Part shown: positions 13,626 through 27,305 of the stretch, piece after piece
Layout: each line of letters opens with the position of its first letter
Numbering within the stretch: the first letter of the stretch is position 1
Assembly (NCBI GenBank): GCA_012295275.1
Contig: CM022669.1
Coordinates: 3,534,001-3,598,000, forward strand
Direction: 5' to 3'
Source: Chrysomallon squamiferum
Lineage: Eukaryota; Animalia; Mollusca
DNA length: 64,000 nt
The notes under the pieces: generated by a model
Databases searched by the model: none
Told to the model about the DNA's origin: nothing
The model's input: only the letters and a program-made list of their open reading frames with translations
Position numbers and translations under genes: made by a program

Positions 13626-14527
13626 TCATAATTAAATCTATGAATAAAACCAAATATTATAAATTTTAAAATGTTATCATATATCTGTTGACCAAATTTG
13701 TTAAATTTCTTTATTCTTCTAATTAACATTATCAAAACTGAGTTAAAAGAATACTATACTAAATAAATATGAGTAAATATTGTTCATTATGACTTGGAAT
13801 TTATTTTAAACAGTAAATTACACCTAAAATTTCCCAACAACAGTAAGCTTCTTACTATTCCAGAATCAAATAATATTTCTTTTAACCAATTTAGTCATGT
13901 GATTATCAAATAATTTATTCTGGACGACAGAATCCCCCTTAAAAAATAAATATATCCCTCATTTCTTCACGTATTTCTCTCAAAGCTTGTTAGCATAACT
14001 TGTAACTGGTTTTTAATACTAGGGACATTCTTTTCATTTGTTTTCAAATAAATCATTTTTTTATTCTGTCATCCAAAATAAAAAAATTTAAAAAAAGAAT
14101 AACTAAAAATACAAAATAAATAAAAAAGAAAATAAAAGAAAGAAAATAAACAAAAAGAAAAAGAAATAAGAAAAAGAAAGAAAAAGAAAAAGAAAAAATA
14201 TTCAAATCTTTAAAAAGCAAGTCAGTAAATGGAACAAATTGATAATCATCATAACAAATTTAGGGATGTCATTAGTATATATCATGAAACCAGCTGTTGT
14301 AACCAGTTACCAAAACATTTTATTTATTGATTTACTTGCCATTGTTTTTAGTTACATTTATAGATTTATGCATGTCTCTACATGAACCATTATGTAAGAC
14401 AACTGTAAATAGGTTTTTGAACAACAAAGAGCTAATTAACATTTTGATTTATAACATTCTTAATCTTATGTTGGGACAGTTAGAGATATCTTTCCAAAAC
14501 ATTAGACCATAAATAAAAAATAAATAA

Positions 14528-14567
<40 letters not shown>

Positions 14568-14948
14568 TCTCACTTGTTGATTAAAAAATATATATATTAT
14601 ATATTTATTAATAAGGATATTTAATTCTAGCATTTCAGATATATGAAACTGAAAGGTTCAAATTTCAAGCTCAAGCTTTAGTGATAATGAAATCAGTTTG
14701 TCCGATAATTTGATTAAAAAAAAATTGTTTCTGAAAAAGAACTCGTATATTCCTATCATAATTCAAACTAATGCAGTCATTATCTAATTGTGGATGAGAG
14801 AACAGGTTCAGGGCTAATGTCTAGAATCCAAAGGGCCACGACGTCGACAGTTGCCATATTCATGATATTGTATAATTGTAGTATGATTAAAAAATATTTC
14901 CATTTCAGAACTTGTCTAAAATTTGCAATTACAAGATATTTTAACCAC

Positions 14949-15047
14949 CTTTTCCAGCCGCCAATCCTTTGTGCGCTTGGCTGATGTCATAGCTTCACAG
15001 CGACGAAGAAGCCGATTGAAATTAATTTCTTGCCTGGAAGCCGCCAT
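14949..15047 (-). CDS. USE1: USE1 exon 1
   Basis: MAASRQEINFNRLLRRCEAMTSAKRTKDWRLEK, closely resembling human [20 protein letters not shown]...EWRLEK. Donor AAG|GTGGTT. Confidence 0.93.
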
Positions 15048-15256
15048 GCTGGCAATTTCATAAAACTGACTTTATTTTTAAAAGAGTCACGAGTACTTCC
15101 GGAGTGTGTAGTCACGGTTACTATCAACAACCGGCGAAGAATCTTAGATTACAATATTATTGACTTCTGGTATCTTCCGTATAAATCACTTATTTTATGT
15201 GTTATTTATTTATACATAGTTCTGGCAGTGGATTTAAAGGACAGAGTAATTTGGAG
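15048..15256. promoter_or_regulatory. Probable bidirectional promoter of USE1 and the SAXO5-like gene, including a non-coding first exon of the + gene
   Basis: Local CpG patch containing an ETS-type CTTCCGG and a TGTAGT (ACTACA-type) motif at ~15096-15113. Consensus donor GAG|GTGAGT at 15256/15257 pairs with the poly-T/TAG acceptor at 16037-16038, just before the ATG at 16053. Confidence 0.65.
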
Positions 15257-15952
15257 GTGAGTACTATTGCAATGCGATAATGGATTCAGTTAAACTCGGC
15301 ACGTAAAAACATCATAAAAAGTTAATTAAAATTATAGAACGACTTAGACTGCTTTTTCTGTTTATAAATTACTTTAACATCTGTGTCTATGAGACTAATT
15401 ACAATGTATTCTATGAAATTAATTTGTGGAATTTATTTTAAAGGGGGGAAAAAAGCGAACAAATAAACCAGCTCATAAAAATAAATAAATAAATTTATAA
15501 ACAAACAAACAACCAGTACTCTGTGACTAGTTTATCAAAGGATGTGGTAGGTGCTGTTATGTCTGTAGAAAGGTGTTTATAAAACGTTAATTTTCAGACT
15601 ATAAAAATACCATTAATAAATAAATGTTTTGTTAAGAATAAGTTAATTCAGTTATGTAATACTTACTGTTATTACACATTAAAATAAATGTTTTTATTTA
15701 ATTTTTTTTATTTAGGATTATATTAGGGAGGAAAACTGCTTTTGACACTTAGCAGTTTTAGCAGTAATTTTCTTTATAAGTGAATCTTCCCTTGAACACA
15801 ACAGTTTTTGTATAGTGACAATATTTCTATTCCTGTTACCTTTAATAGTTGTTGGTGTTTTTTTTTTTTAATGATAATATTTATATTTCTTTAAAGTGTT
15901 TATCTAATTTTTATTTATTTAATTATTATTATTATTATGATCATTATTTATT

Positions 15953-16035
<83 letters not shown>

Positions 16036-16052
16036 TAGAAATTGGATAAAAA

Positions 16053-16557
16053 ATGGCTCACCCAAAGAGCATGACACTGTCACAGGATGTATCGATGACA
16101 ACACCTCCAACATGCAGCAGTTTCAAACAGGACTACCCCGCACACTCTCACTACGGCCGGGAAGCGCCCGCAGTTCCACCCAAACTGGGCGAGGTGATGC
16201 ACAAAGATGACAAATATTTCAATAACAGATCATCAGAAACCGTCGCTTCATTTGAATACAGATTTCTCCCGAAGCCTGTTTTAATGAACGTTCATGCAAA
16301 ATTAAGTGCAACAAATTTCAAAATGGATTCTGATACAAGCAAATTTAAATTATTCGATACGACCCACAACAGCTTTTTCAAACCTCTGATTGATGAAACG
16401 TACCGACGACAGGAACAATCAAGGACTGTTTCTGAATCGCACATCCCCACTGGGGATCGAGAGAAAGAACAGATGCCAATGTCAGACTACCGGGAAAAAT
16501 TTCAGGGGCATGATACTAACATCTTTAAAATTGAAAAAGCTCCATCAATGCATGAAG
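16053..16557 (+). CDS. SAXO5: TEX45/SAXO5 (C19orf45)-like axonemal microtubule inner protein, coding exon 1
   Basis: MAHPK...SSFKQDYP...PPKLGEVMHKD...SETVASF...ATNFKMDSD...SHIPTGDREKE resembles the TEX45 family from memory. Donor G|GTAATA. Confidence 0.75.
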
Positions 16558-17129
16558 GTAATACAAGGGTGTGAAATAATTTTCAAGTCCACAGAAATAA
16601 GCCTCAGTGTTATAGTTTTACTCTGTTACAGATGAAAAATAATATTAGTAAAAAACTTACACATGTAGCATAGACTGTATATTCAGAACAATATCTTGTA
16701 GTACAGAACAAACAGAAGAACAAAAACTATGTTTTCTTTATTCATTTAAAAAAAAAAATGTTATTAATGATTTAATAATGATTTAAAATATAAACTCATT
16801 AAAATTACTGTGTGAAATATTAGTATTATAAAGAAACTGATTTCTATACATACATATATGCATGTGTTTATGTTGTGTGTATGTATGTATGTATGCATAT
16901 AGGTATATAGGTATGTATGTAGGTAGGTAGGTAGATAGGTAGGTAGGTAGATAAGTATGTAGGTATGTATGTTATTCATGCTTGTATGTTTGTATGCCTG
17001 TGTATGTATGTGTGTGTATATGTATATATATATATATATGTTAGTGTGCATGTGTTTATGTGAGTGTGTGTGTATAAATAAATTTTGTTTATGAATATGC
17101 TTATTATTCATGTATATGTGTATCTTTGG

Positions 17130-17182
<53 letters not shown>

Positions 17183-17263
17183 GTGTGAATGTGTTGTTTA
17201 CTGGTGTGTATGTATGTCTGTGAAGTAAATGAATATATTTTTATTTTTCTGTTTTCTTCTCAG

Positions 17264-17370
17264 GAGGTCCTCCTACTATCAAAGGAGATGAGCGGTTCAT
17301 ACATTTTGACACAAGCCAGAGAGACCAGTTTCGTGGAAAGTGGCAACCAAGAGTTCAAACATTACCAGCT
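17264..17370 (+). CDS. SAXO5: SAXO5-like exon 2
   Basis: GGPPTIKGDERFIHFDTSQRDQFRGKWQPRVQTLPA. TCTCAG acceptor, GTGAGT donor, phase 1 to 0. Confidence 0.78.
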
Positions 17371-18304
17371 GTGAGTAGTTTATATTTTCACTTATACACA
17401 CACACAGATATCTATATTCACATACACTGTAAACAGATATAGTGATAAACATACAGACTTATTTAAACACACAGACACACAGAGAGAGAGAGAGAGAGAA
17501 GAGAGAGATACATGACAGCACATATATACATGCACAAACACACACATACACAACAACTGCATGCATATATACATTTAGACATCCATGTTCATATAATTAA
17601 GTCATTAATAAATTCATTCATCATCCATCTATCTGACTTTCCATCAATTCATTCATTCATTCATTCACTATTTATTTATTTATTTGCATGTATTTAACAA
17701 CAACCAACAAAAGACACATACAGTATTCTGACAGGCACTACAGCATCATATATACAGTCATAGATGTTTAGCATAAAACCAATTACTAACTCTCTATATA
17801 AACATCATTGGTTTCAGACACCATAACATGGTTGCCCACCAGTCAACCAAACTGTCTTCTCCTCTAAGTAATGACATGGACTGTCTATAAGGCACAACAT
17901 GGTTGTAAAGAACAAACTAGTCAATATGGATGCCAAATCATAACCTGACAAAAGTTTTATTTGTGCAGACTTAGTTTTATTTTAAAACCAGTATCATTGT
18001 TAGCTTTTGCGAAGTCTTAGAATCTTAAATTAAATATAATAAAGTTTGTAAATAAGTTTACTGAGTTGAGTGGTGTGTTTTTTGGGAGGTTTTATTTTTA
18101 TATTTTCAAATTACATCTATGAAATGTGTAGTAAATTGTCATACACATACACCCAAACACAGACACAGACTCAGATGGACCGACATACTATAACATATTA
18201 TTGTTGTTATTATTATTATAACTATTATCATTATTATTATTTTACTGTTGTTTATATTTTTTTATTAATCTTACTGTTTTTATTGTTATCATCTTAATTT
18301 TCTT

Positions 18305-18363
<59 letters not shown>

Positions 18364-18602
18364 TATTATTATTACTGTTATTTTTCTGCTACCATACTGT
18401 TCTTTTTGCTATTCTTGTTTTCTTAGTAACGTGTAGAAATGTTAAAAAAATAATAACAATTTAAAATTTGTATTGCAATAATGTTAATCAAAAAGACATT
18501 ACTAATGGCTTGTAGCTTTTAATTTTTAGTTTTAATTATTATTATTATTATTTTTAAAATATGTTTTCTTAACCCATCTTTCTTCTTTTAAAACTACAAA
18601 AG

Positions 18603-18834
18603 CCGACAGGAACAAATGTGCCGAAAGGAGACCCTGACAAAGAACATGACATGGCCACAACGATGCAAGTTTCGTTTGCCTACGAACAAGACCCAAGTCA
18701 GTTCAAAGCTTACAACCGGTCAGAGGTGAGTGGACAGCTGCAGAAAAGTAACGTGAAACACTCGGACGGTCGTGGGACGTGGAATGACTACCAGTCTGTG
18801 ACTGCTAAAGCTTTCAAACCTAAGACTACTGAAG
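18603..18834 (+). CDS. SAXO5: SAXO5-like exon 3
   Basis: PTGTNVPKGDPDKEHDMATTMQVSF...YQSVTAKAFKPKTTE. Donor G|GTGAGA. Confidence 0.78.
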
Positions 18835-18878
18835 GTGAGATGTCATTAATATATAATCTGTCTGTCTCTGTGTTGTTC

Positions 18879-18914
<36 letters not shown>

Positions 18915-19144
18915 GTCTATCTGTCTTTCTGTGTCTCTATATGTCTATCTGGCTGTCTGTATGTCTGTATCTGTATATCTGTCTGTCTTTTTTTCTATCT
19001 ATTTGTCTATTTCTGTCTGTTATATGCATATTGTTTGTGTGTGTGTCTGTGTGTGTGTTTGTGTGTGTGTATTTCTTCATAATTATGTTGTTGAGTGAGA
19101 ATCTAAGCTGTGTATATGTCTGTACATATATTAAATGTTAACAG

Positions 19145-19263
19145 TTAAACGTTACCAGCCAAACACTCGGCGAAATCACAGTGACTTACCTGAAGGAGAT
19201 CGCGACCCAATGAGAGACACAGAAAGAATGAGCACCACAACAAACAGAATCTTCTTGGGCAAT
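19145..19263 (+). CDS. SAXO5: SAXO5-like exon 4
   Basis: VKRYQPNTRRNHSDLPEGDRDPMRDTERMSTTTNRIFLGN. ACAG acceptor, GTAAGC donor. Confidence 0.78.
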
Positions 19264-19523
19264 GTAAGCTAGTAAAATAATATTCCAATACAAAATTGTA
19301 CATACATACGCACACTGTTGTTTTATTATTAATAACAACTATTTTATATGAGCTTTATAAATTTCATATTATCCTCACTTTTTAAGGCTTATGAGAACTC
19401 TGACTATAAGATAAACTATGGCTTGTTTAGTTTATGCCTAAATCCACCACTGGTCTTAATTAATTATCTGTTTTCCTATGTGATTTTTTGTTATCTATTT
19501 CTATGTAACTGTTACTTTTCCAG

Positions 19524-19722
19524 CCAGCCAGAGGACTGCATAATACAATAATTTCTGGTGCAAATTTACGAACAAAGAGTAATGTGTTATTTGGAGATCC
19601 ATCCCTGGCAGATAATTTCTACAATGCCACAACAAGCACAATATACAAACCCAAGACAGTTCCCTATACATACGACAGAACCAAGTTTCATACAAGCAGC
19701 AACATACCAGTGAGATACTATC
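19524..19722 (+). CDS. SAXO5: SAXO5-like exon 5
   Basis: PARGLHNTIISGANLRTKSNVLFGDPSLADNFYNATTSTIYKPK...SSNIPVRYY. TTTTCCAG acceptor, GTGAGT donor. Confidence 0.78.
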
Positions 19723-19739
19723 GTGAGTAACTGCTGATA

Positions 19740-19781
<42 letters not shown>

Positions 19782-20538
19782 CATAATAATAATGACATTA
19801 ACAAAATTATACGTCAGTCATAGAAACAGCAACAACAACAAAATATACAAATGAATTAGTCATTAATCAGTTATTGATTAAATAAAAACAAACAAAGACA
19901 AAAGATCATTAGACTGCAATCAAATATTTATAATTTAGACTGTGCAGCACATTATTTATTGATGTAAGACTGACAGGTTCAGAATTAACTCTGTGGTAAA
20001 TTAATGACTAACCTTTGCTATAAACTAGGTGGCTGAATGTTTAACTTTAGAATATATGTCAGTACAGATTGAGTACACCTTATACAGCATGCTTGGGACT
20101 GTAATAATAAAAACAGTAATAGTAGTAGTAGTAGTAGTAGTAGTGGTAACAGTAGTACTAGTAGTAATGATAGTGGTGGTGCTGGTTGTAGTAGTAGTTG
20201 CAGAATTAGAAATAATAATAATAACAGTAATATATGAAATTATAACATAAATAACAACAACAAGTAATAATAATAAATGTTTGTTATCCTTTTTTTTTTT
20301 AGATAGAATATTCTACCTATTTCTACTGTCACAAAAATACAAACATTTGGGACTAAAAACTGCATAAGGCCTAGTAATTTTGGAATAAAAATCATTTACA
20401 AATATTAAGAATATTTTAAAAATTTAAATTGCTTCAAAGACACGGTTTTATAACAAACATTATCTCTTTTTGAAACGTATTCACTTTGTTAGTTTAAATT
20501 ATAATCCTCTTTATTAATATTTTGTTTTCATTGTGAAG

Positions 20539-20627
20539 CTGGACTAGTGACAAATCCTACTGCTAGTAGTGACTACCAACACCCAGGACAATCCAAAACC
20601 AATCCAAATCCAGCTGCACTGGAAAAT
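20539..20627 (+). CDS. SAXO5: SAXO5-like exon 6
   Basis: GLVTNPTASSDYQHPGQSKTNPNPAALEN. AAG acceptor, GTAAGT donor, phase 1 to 0. Confidence 0.72.
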
Positions 20628-21189
20628 GTAAGTACAGCCATAGAGAAAAACCACAAATATCTCGAAATTGCATTCTTTGATCATTATTTTACTGTATCTG
20701 TTAATTGTGATACCTATTATAAATTCAGTTATATGATAAAACAGTTATAATCAAATATAAATATTGGAAAGCCTGATTTTTTTTTTTTTTTAAATTTTTG
20801 AATCTGAATACGGGTTGAGTTCTTATGATGTGATATTGATATAAAATAGGTTAGAATTAAGAAATAATTATTCTGTCTTCATTACCTTTACTTTGAATAC
20901 TGGTACCTGCTTGGTACAATATGGATATCAAGTTGTAAAATAATTGTAAAGTTATGTACTCTTCTAAGCATAGAACAGGTGTCCACCCTTTGTTGATAAT
21001 AAAGTATGACTATAAAATAAACTTCAGAGGATTCAGTAAGGATTCTTTTGCTTTTATTGTGGAAATTCATCTAGGAAATAGGTTTCAACATACTGAACAG
21101 AACAAAATAAAGTTGTGATGATTATGCTCGCAACTAAAAATTGCATCAAATATCTTTACTTCATTTGTTTATGAAACTGAAGATACATT

Positions 21190-21221
<32 letters not shown>

Positions 21222-21293
21222 ACAAATAGTTTTTCACATATATAATTCTGGTATTAAGACTAAAACCTTGGGTAATTATTTTACTGTTCACAG

Positions 21294-21461
21294 CTGAAAA
21301 AGTCTCACATTTTCCCTCCTGCTGAGAAGGAGATGTATCTTGGTACAACATACCGTGACCTGTTCACCCCAAAACAGACAGAACTCTACACCTATGACAG
21401 TGGACGACTGCAGTACAGCTCTGTGCCATTGGGAACAATGAGGATGTCTGCACATACTTGA
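21294..21461 (+). CDS. SAXO5: SAXO5-like last exon
   Basis: LKKSHIFPPAEKEMYLGTTYRDLFTPK...GRLQYSSVPLGTMRMSAHT*. CAG acceptor, TGA at 21459-21461. Confidence 0.78.
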   Translation: MKKSHIFPPAEKEMYLGTTYRDLFTPKQTELYTYDSGRLQYSSVPLGTMRMSAHT

Positions 21462-21941
21462 AAAGCTTATTGTATTATCATGTCTAACTGTCTAATTGTC
21501 CCAGCAAAATATGACAATACGTTTCCAGTATATCAAGGAATTATATAAAGCAGGATACTCATTTATTTAATAATCTGTTAATGTTTTGAAAAATTATTTC
21601 TCTCTGTTTTATACTGCGATCACCATTAATAACCATCACAGTAGAAAAAGAACTATATATATCAAGTATTATTGCATTGAATTGATTTTTAATTCAAAAA
21701 CAAAAAATAATAATAATAATAATACTGCTATTAATGATCATTATGATAGATGTCAATGATTTTCTGTTCTATAATCATGGGAACTGAGAATATCATATTA
21801 TTATGTATACTGTGTCTTTGAACTGTTAAATGACAATCTTTTTAAATTTCAGTCATAGTGACTTAATTATGACAATACAGTTCCATGTGTTAATGAACTA
21901 TTTGAGTGTCAGTATATAATTTAACTGCTGTTATTTTTATC

Positions 21942-21978
<37 letters not shown>

Positions 21979-22270
21979 TAATTTTTTTTTTTACATTTTG
22001 ATAGGGACAGTTGGATTGGAAAATAAAAATTTGTTATTGTTTTTTTTATAAATTTCACTTTCCTGTAGATACATGGTTTAAATTTTTTGTTAATACAAAA
22101 TTATGTGTAATAGGATCCATTATAATATATAAAAAAAATGTTTTTTTTCTTTGACTAACTTTCTTCCTTTTTCTCTGACAGTAAGGGTAAGAGATAAAGG
22201 GAGCTAAGTCAAGATGGCATTACATTAGGATTTACATTACGATGTTATACAGTTGATTTAAATATTTGTA

Positions 22271-22550
22271 ATTAGTTTAGTTTGTTGTGTGTCTAAAATA
22301 TTTGCTGTTATTTATTTTATTTTTTATGATAGGAACTGACAAATAATATTGTGTTTTTCAGTAAACTATGATTTTTATAATGTTTATTGATAATTTTGAA
22401 ACAATTATATTTTGGTTTAGTTGTTTGTCTAAAATATTTACTGTTATTGTTTTAATTTTACAGTAGGAATTGACTAATAATATTGTGTTTTTCAATAGAC
22501 TGTGATCTCACTGTGATTTTTGTAACTTTTATTTATAATTTTGAAAAATT
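22271..22550. repeat. Tandem duplication of ~140 bp (two diverged copies)
   Basis: gtttagtt..tgtctaaaatattt.ctgttatt...taggaa.tgac.aataatattgtgtttttca...gattttt.taa..tttatt.ataattttgaaa occurs at ~22275 and ~22415. Confidence 0.8.
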
Positions 22551-25524
22551 TAAAACTGACTGTATTAATAGTATTTGCTCAAATATTTATTTATAAATCA
22601 AATTTATTTGTTTGTTGTCCATAATCAGTATTATTGCATGTATATTAATTTAGAACAGTATGATAGCCATCATGGTTTCAGGGGTTTTAGTTTCAATAAT
22701 TTTATAAAAAAAACCTTTTTTTACATAATTTCTTTGGCTGTTTTATAAAAAGCTACATGTATATGTAAATTTGGTTACACTTAATCTGTTTTAAGGAAAA
22801 TTTAATTAAACTTTTTTTATTATTAATTTTTTTTTTTTTTATATATATATCCATTAAGTATTAACTTATTTTCCATTTTCTTGTTTTATGTAACTTTCAG
22901 AACTGTATTTTGTTGTTGTTCAACAGGTTATTTGGAGTTTTTAAGAACAATCATTTATGAAATTATTTTACTTAAATATGGACTATATATATTCCTGCTG
23001 TGTTTTGCAGTGTTGTTATAACAAAACATATTTATCAGTATTGTTATTTTCACATGTTTTGGATTTGTCATATTTTATAGGATTATACATATATTTACAC
23101 CTAATTAGTATTTTCTTATTGTAAATCACTGTTTTATTGTGCAATTGTTGTTTGCAGTGTTTTTATTAAGACATTTATATACTTAGTTTTGGAATAATGT
23201 TATGGAGTGCATTTAATGTGTGTTTCACCTATATACGTGTGTGTGTGTTTCACTTATATACTTGTGTGTTTCAATCACATATTTTATACCAAAGCGTGGT
23301 TTTTATTATTACATTTTTATACATTTGTTTCCACTAAAGTATTTTGGATTTTACTGAGTGTATATTGTGTTTTTTGATTTTTGATTGCATGTTTTAAATA
23401 TATGTTTATTTACACCTAAGTCAGTATTTTGTTAAAAAATGATTGTCACTGTGTGCAGTTAATGTTTTTGCAGTGTTATTTAATCTGTATTTATACTTGT
23501 TTTCACATACTACTTATTTTGCCAGTACAGACAATGTGCCGTTTACAGTATTATTATGTCACAGTAACAGAAAAATAAACAAAAGATATTAGCCATGATG
23601 ATTTAATATTCTTCCTTAAAAAGAAACTGCCATTCTACATAATTTACTTTTTTAAACAAATACAATTACTTTGTAATATAATTTACTCGGATAAAATTAT
23701 ATTTTTACCTTAATATATATTAAGCAAATACTTTGCAATCTAGTTTTCTGAGCAGAAATCAACATTGTAATCTATAAAAACAAATATTTTATAATCTTTT
23801 TTATAATCAAATTAATTTCAGTGGTATTAAGAATCAAACTTTCTTTGTTATTTTCTCATGGCACAGATTTCTATCACTCTCGTTAATACTGCTGTTTGTT
23901 TACTCTTGTTATTTTGTTATTGTGTGCAGATGTTGAGGAGTGGATTCTACCTCTTCAACCATGGAGCATATTTACTTGGTAATAATAATGCTGAAGGATT
24001 CTTTCAAGTTCTTTGAAGCTCATAAAGACAAAAAATAATAATCATGTCACAGCATATGAACCTGTATTTCTGTTGCATTGACATTTACTCAGTTTGTGAT
24101 GTTTTATAAGGTTTAATAAAGACATAACTCACTACATGAATTTGTTTTTCCCTTAATATTCTGTTTGAAAGGTTCTGAACTGATATAAACTGATATAAAT
24201 GACTGACCTGTTTGAATATCATTGCAAACATATCTGAATAATCCATTGTGCAGTAGAAAGATATGAAAAAATTCAGTATCTGCAGACATTCTTAGCCAAA
24301 ATTGTTTGTGGAAGACCATGTATTTTAATTACCAAAACATTTACTCAAACTGAAACTTGTTTGCTGGGCTAAAGTAATATTATTGCTTTGTGTTTAATTT
24401 TAATACTTTTAGCACTGTAGAAGGAAAACAATACTATTTAGCACCATTTTGAAAGTTTGTCCGTTTTTTTTATTTATTTTTTTATTGTTATTATTTTTAT
24501 TTTTTCAGTTTAGATGATTTATAATTAAGTATTCTATAGTAAGGAGATTTAATTTTAATTATACCCCTCTCAGTTGATCACTGAATCTATTATAACAATT
24601 AAAATCCTTGAATTACGAATCCCACAGAAGCTGATTTTATAAGTCTGATGTCCAGTACTGCAATAGCAAATTCTTAGATTCTGTCAGAGGTACTAACAGA
24701 TTCCATGAATCTGGACTGTTTTATGTGTAAAGCTTAAACCACTGTGAACTAAGGGTGAGACAACTCCAAGAAAACTCTTGTAAGCTCAGGGAAAAGGCGA
24801 TTCCTAGATCTGATTATTTTACATTTATTCTAAAATATTAAACATTTAATAAAATACAAGAATAATCAAGAAGTGTTTTTTATTTGTAATAAAATTTATG
24901 AAGTATTTACAAAGTACATTTTTTGTTTATGCTTTGCAGAGGAATAAAAGCAGTGTTTGTATAGTCTTCTATTCTTCTTTTTCAAAATGTTAGATTCTGA
25001 AGAAATATTGAACAAATCTGTATTTTAAAATATTAACAAAATACGTTGCTTTACTAGCACCTCAAAGAAATAATTTATAGGTTACAACAAAACTTGAACT
25101 GTTCATTTTGTTTGAAACTTTATACTAAAATTATTTTTAGCAAAAGCAATCTTCAAACATTCTTAAACTTTTTGATTATTATTAATCTTTATATATTTAA
25201 ATAATAAAAATGTAATTAATACCATTTAAAAGATTATATAAATAAAAAAATATGTCACTGTAATATTAAGGATAGAAAATATTTCCATTCAAAAGTACTG
25301 ATGGTTTAGAAAATAATCACAAAGCCAGAGTAATGTATTAAGTAAATGTTGTATTTGAGTAAACATATTTAGCACTACACCACAAACAGATACAATTTTA
25401 ATTCAATTTCTGTTTAACTGGTTTTGTGTTAATCCCAGTCCAAAACTGTCCCCAGTACTAATCAGAATTAAAATGAAAAGATCACCTGACCTTTTTTTAC
25501 ATATATATTAAAAAAAAAATCTCT

Positions 25525-25729
25525 TTAATGTTTGAGTTTTTCCATTGTAACACTGTATTTCTCCCTGTAGCTAGAATGGGCAAAGAATTCCTCCATGGAT
25601 GGTGTTATGTATCGGTCGCGAATGTTGTTAAATACTGGCTTCCCCCACAGGGTTCCTGTTTTCCAGCCTTCGACATTTTTCATCAGCTCATTCTCTTCAT
25701 CGCGATTCTTGCGCTGCTGGATCAGAAAT
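25525..25729 (-). CDS. NDUFA13: NADH dehydrogenase 1 alpha subcomplex subunit 13 (GRIM-19), exon 4
   Basis: FLIQQRKNRDEENELMKNVEGWKTGTLWGKPVFNNIRDRYITPSMEEFFAH...EKLKH*; the RKN..EE..LMK.V.GW..G motif is typical of GRIM-19. Confidence 0.93.
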
Positions 25730-26305
25730 CTGTAAGAGTGGAAAATTTGAAAGAAAGAAAACTAATAATAGCAGATATATAACTCATTCAGTTTTAATGT
25801 GTATTAACAAAGAGTTTAAATACATTTTGTTTTACATTTTCAATAATCATGTTACAGGCATGATCTTGACTGGTTATGAAATAGAACTAACACTGATATG
25901 CACAAAGATTGTCATTTTCATAATACTATCTCATAATAAAAAATAAAATAAAATAAACGACTGTAATAAAAAACACATAATATGAACATGATTTATGATA
26001 CTGATAGCTCCTTGATTTATGTATTGTAACTCAGTCTTTGTTTTGAGATTTTGGAATTTTAATGTTTAAAAACAAAAAAGTCTGATAAAGCCTATTTTCA
26101 CATGTTCATTATGTTATTGTCTTATTATGACTGTATCACCAAAGGCTGTGGAAGAAATAAACCAAACACTTCTAATTCCATAAAGCTATTGTCAAACAGC
26201 CACTGTATCAGTTGCACAAAACTTGTCTGTATTAGTTTAAAAATTAAAACAAAGAAAAGAAAAACAAAAAAGACTAAGAAGGAATGAAATATTTTGTAAA
26301 CTTAC

Positions 26306-26377
26306 AGTCGATCATGTTCTGCCTGCATTAACGGTAAAATAGCAATTCTTGCATCACGCATTTCAAGGGTTTCCTTC
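26306..26377 (-). CDS. NDUFA13: NDUFA13 exon 3
   Basis: KETLEMRDARIAILPLMQAEHDRL, similar to ARIALLPLLQAETDRR. TTTAG acceptor, GTAAGT donor. Confidence 0.93.
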
Positions 26378-26840
26378 CTAAATAAAAGGAAAAAAAAAGA
26401 CATTTTAATTCCATTTCATATTAGTTAAACTTAATGTAAGTAGTTATGCATTTTTAATACTGTTAACCAAAAAAAAAAAAAAAAAAAAAAAAGACTGTGA
26501 TGTAGTTAAAACATTAAGAACAGATATTCAGTTGTGTTTAAACCTAATAGTATAATGCAAGATGAGTGAAACATTTCTGAGAAATACTTATAATATATTT
26601 TGTATTTTAATTTTTATATAACTGAATACAGAACAGTGAATAGCATCAATGGAAACAATTTTATATTTTACATTTATTCTTCAAATAGTATTTTGCTACT
26701 ACAAATCGTCAAATGCTTGTCATAAATAAAAAAATACCTCTAGGAAGAAAAATTGGAAAGAGATATTCAAGTATCACTTTAGTCAATAATTACCACTTAC
26801 GACTCTGTAATATTACATAAAAGAAATTAATAAAACTAAC

Positions 26841-26919
26841 TTCACTTCTTGTCTGTGAAAATAATGAACAACCCATGCTCCTGTTGTAAATGCAATAAAT
26901 GCTCCGAACTGGGTATAAC
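26841..26919 (-). CDS. NDUFA13: NDUFA13 exon 2 (TM helix)
   Basis: GYTQFGAFIAFTTGAWVVHYFHRQEVK. TTTCCAG acceptor, GTTAGT donor. Confidence 0.88.
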
Positions 26920-27305
26920 CTGGAAATATATTAAAACATTGTTTTGTTTAATAAAATAGTTTTAAATTTTCAGAAACTTTTATTAACTTTAGTTTAGACT
27001 TTGTTTAATCGTTTAGATTCTAATTCAGTGACAGCAATTATCATTAAAATCTCAATGCTCTCGAGTCATTCCTCTGTCAACATAAATATGCATGCATCAA
27101 CCTTTCCGCTTTTGCTATTTGTTTAAAATAAACAGCATGTAAACAAATAGGAATAGGGATATCCCTTGTTTCAATGCTTGTCAATTCACGTTTCACCTCA
27201 ACACTGGTGAATAAAAGTGAAGGTCATTATCATTTTTAATCACTTAAAGCCAAATTATGTCAAGCTGTTTACAAAATTTTTATAAGATCATAATTTTTCA
27301 CTTGC

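Noticed and set aside
23932-23959. Hairpin GTTGAGGAG-TGGATTCTAC-CTCTTCAAC
   Set aside because: Too short for a pre-miRNA and has no other support.
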